NCBI GenBank assembly: GCA_965112735.1
Contig: OZ218951.1
Span: 4,650,001 to 4,714,000, forward strand
Direction of reading: 5' to 3'
Length of the DNA stretch: 64,000 nucleotides
Source: Phaeosaccion multiseriatum
Lineage: Eukaryota; Protista; Ochrophyta, other classes
Part shown: positions 61,991-64,000 of the stretch, piece by piece
Layout: the number at the start of each line of letters is the position of its first letter
Numbering within the stretch: position 1 is the first letter of the stretch
Translations under genes and position numbers: made by a program
The notes under the pieces: generated by a model
Database searches by the model: none
What the model saw: the letters and a program-made list of their open reading frames with translations, nothing else
What the model was told of the DNA's origin: nothing

Positions 61991-63215
61991 CCATCCCTTT
62001 CCCTCTCCCCCCACCCCCCTCCCCCTCTCTCGTGCAGGCCTACTTGGGCTCAAGACGCCTGAACTTCGCATCGGCCTTCTTGACTGGGGCCAGACGAAGG
62101 AGCTCACAATGGAGCAAAGGACCATGATCTCCACGCTTATGCTCGCGCTGGACAGCGACGATGCAGCCGCCATCGTGGAGGGTGAGTGCACTGCGGTGGG
62201 GCAGAGGAGGAGGGAGGGAGGGAGGGAGGGAAGGAGGGAAGGGGGGGAGAGGAAGGAGGGAGGGAGGGAGACAAAGGAGGGAGGGAGGGAGGGAGAGGGA
62301 GAGAATTGGTGGAAAGTGCTATCATGCATACCATTGTTGCAAGCCCTTAGTTGTTTACTCCACTTCCCTTTCTTTTCCCTTCGCTCCTCCCTCCTGCTCA
62401 CTCTCTCTTCCCCCTTCTCTCCTCTCTCTCTTCCTCTCTCTCACTCTCTTGGAAGGCTTCAAAGGGTTGGGTATTACTTTGGCCAATCCTGAAGACGACG
62501 ACAGCATCGAAAAGCTCGCAAGGGTGAGTGAGTGAGATAGATAAACTTCTTCACTGGGCTGCACCGCCGAAGTGAAGTATCAGAACTATAATTATAATTA
62601 AGCCTCCTTCGCTCCCTCGTTTACCCCCCTCCCCTCGTCCTCCCCTCCCCTCCCCTGCCCGTGCCATGTCCTGCCCGTACTGTGCAACTTGCACACCGAA
62701 GATCATGTTCGACACGAAGACCATTCCCGGCCTGGACTTCAACCCCTTCAGCGCCAACAACGTCCTCAAGCTCAACAGCGTCAAGGAGTACCCTCAGGTA
62801 GACACATCACACCCACTGCCATCCGCTGCCATCAGCGGCCATCAGCTACCATCCTCGACATTACTCTCGCGCATGTTGTACAATTGTCACTTGCATTGAG
62901 TACCTCTGCTGAGACCCCCTCCCCTCCATTCGATCCACTGCCAACCCCTCCCCTCTCCCCCTCTCCCACGCTCCCCTCGTCTCCATCCATTGCCATCCCC
63001 TCCCCTCCATCCGCTGCAATCGTCAAAAGGACTTGTACTTTGTGCTACGGACGTGTTTGATGTTCCGAGGAATGTCGCAAAGCCTTGGACTGGAGTTTAG
63101 CCTCGCCAAAGAGTGGGCCCCGTACGCCCAAAGACACTTGGATCGCTGCCATCACGACCAGCGAAGGCAGGAGCGGCACGAGCAACAGCAGCACCGGCAT
63201 CAGCAGCACCAGTAG
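55359..63215 (+). CDS. ABC1/COQ8/UbiB-family atypical kinase with N-terminal signal sequence, many exons
   Basis: GFYLKSGQ|FLGTRSD (KxGQ motif), LSQLHDAVPPM, VGSASISQ|VHKG, VAVK|VQYPG, EFDFTVEA, LIMSFVEG, FNADVHPGNILI and LLDWGQTK. Confidence 0.92.
57928..58030. repeat. 36-bp tandem repeat (3 copies) CCCACCCACACACTGAATCATTGACTTACCCT in an intron
   Basis: Directly visible. Confidence 0.85.
60181..61030. repeat. 8-bp satellite (AGAGGGT[A/C/T])n, about 105 units, starting at the 5' splice site of an ABC1-kinase intron
   Basis: Directly visible. Confidence 0.95.
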
Positions 63216-63372
63216 CAGCAGTTGGTGGACCGAGAGGAGGATAAGGTCCCCTCTCTTGGGTAGGCAGAGGTACTGCCCTTTCTCCCAACGGAGCGGATTC
63301 ACGCAGTCCGCGCACGGCTTGGCCTTCAGCTAAGCCTAAGCTAAGCCTGGTCCAACCCATTGACAGTAGCAG

Positions 63373-63446
<74 letters not shown>

Positions 63447-64000
63447 CGCTTTGATTCGTCTCTTGAAAGAGGGGCGGGCCAGCTACTGCATCGCATTGAA
63501 GCAGTACAGACTGACAACAAGGAGCCGAGGGGGGGCGGGGGGGTGGCGGAGGGCGGAGAGAGAGAGAGAGAGAGAGAGAGCTATCCCTCCCGCCGGAGGA
63601 AGGAGCATCGCGAGCAAGGTCGACCCGTTTGGTCAGTGGGGTCGGGCCCACCCAGCCAGCGCATCAGAGCTCTGATCAGCTCTATCAGTTGCCATCAACT
63701 GACATGATGAGCCCATGAGCGGCTTCAGACTGTTCACAAGTGCAGTCCTTCCTTCCTGTCAGTGCAGTCCTCCCTTCCTGTCTGCCTTCCTTCCGCCTAT
63801 TTCAGGCCACCAAAGGAAAGGAAAGGGGGGCGGGGGAGAGAGGCGGTGAGAAGCGGAGAGGGTGGGAGCGAAGTGTATGTAGAAGACGCCTGATGCAAGC
63901 AAGTAAGGGGTGACTCTGTTTTGCGTCATAGTCTTGCCGTGAGGAAGACAAGAAAAGAGAAAGAGGAGGAGAAGGAGAAGGAGAATACCCCCACTGGCAA

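Noticed and set aside
35503-63215. Metabolic gene cluster (KRE6, MECR, GST, UGT, ABC1 kinase)
   Set aside because: The products are predicted for different compartments and pathways, so adjacency alone is not evidence of a cluster.

Overview
Intron-rich, microsatellite-rich eukaryotic nuclear DNA. It is most likely from a photosynthetic stramenopile (ochrophyte): there is a KRE6/SKN1-type chrysolaminarin transglycosylase and a GST with a bipartite AEA|F plastid presequence. Most short ORFs in the track are artefacts of simple repeats. Reconstructed genes, in order: RPP14, DGAT2 (-), Golgi-type sulfotransferase, FAIM-like+PX protein, CH-domain poly-Gly protein (-), LUC7-like, degenerate GFA/CENP-V (-), KRE6/SKN1 GH16, MECR (-), GST, membrane-anchored UGT (-) and an ABC1/COQ8 atypical kinase. 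An accessory island at about 9.8-23.7 kb is the most unusual part. Two decayed paralogous ankyrin genes surround an 8.6-kb unit bracketed by two direct copies of a ~500-bp MITE. A shared ATCTCGT duplication lies only at the OUTER ends of this unit, as in a composite transposon or cointegrate. Inside the unit are (i) a non-autonomous tyrosine-recombinase (DIRS-order, Ngaro/PAT-like) retroelement with split direct repeats A1...B1-A2-B2, a recombinase C-terminal remnant and an ~87-bp tandem array, and (ii) an intact, intronless ankyrin-BTB gene starting 41 bp past the element end. A dispersed 13-22-bp motif, TGTAYCACCAACTGCTG, recurs more than 10 times across the window. Exon boundaries and coordinates were read by eye and some are approximate.
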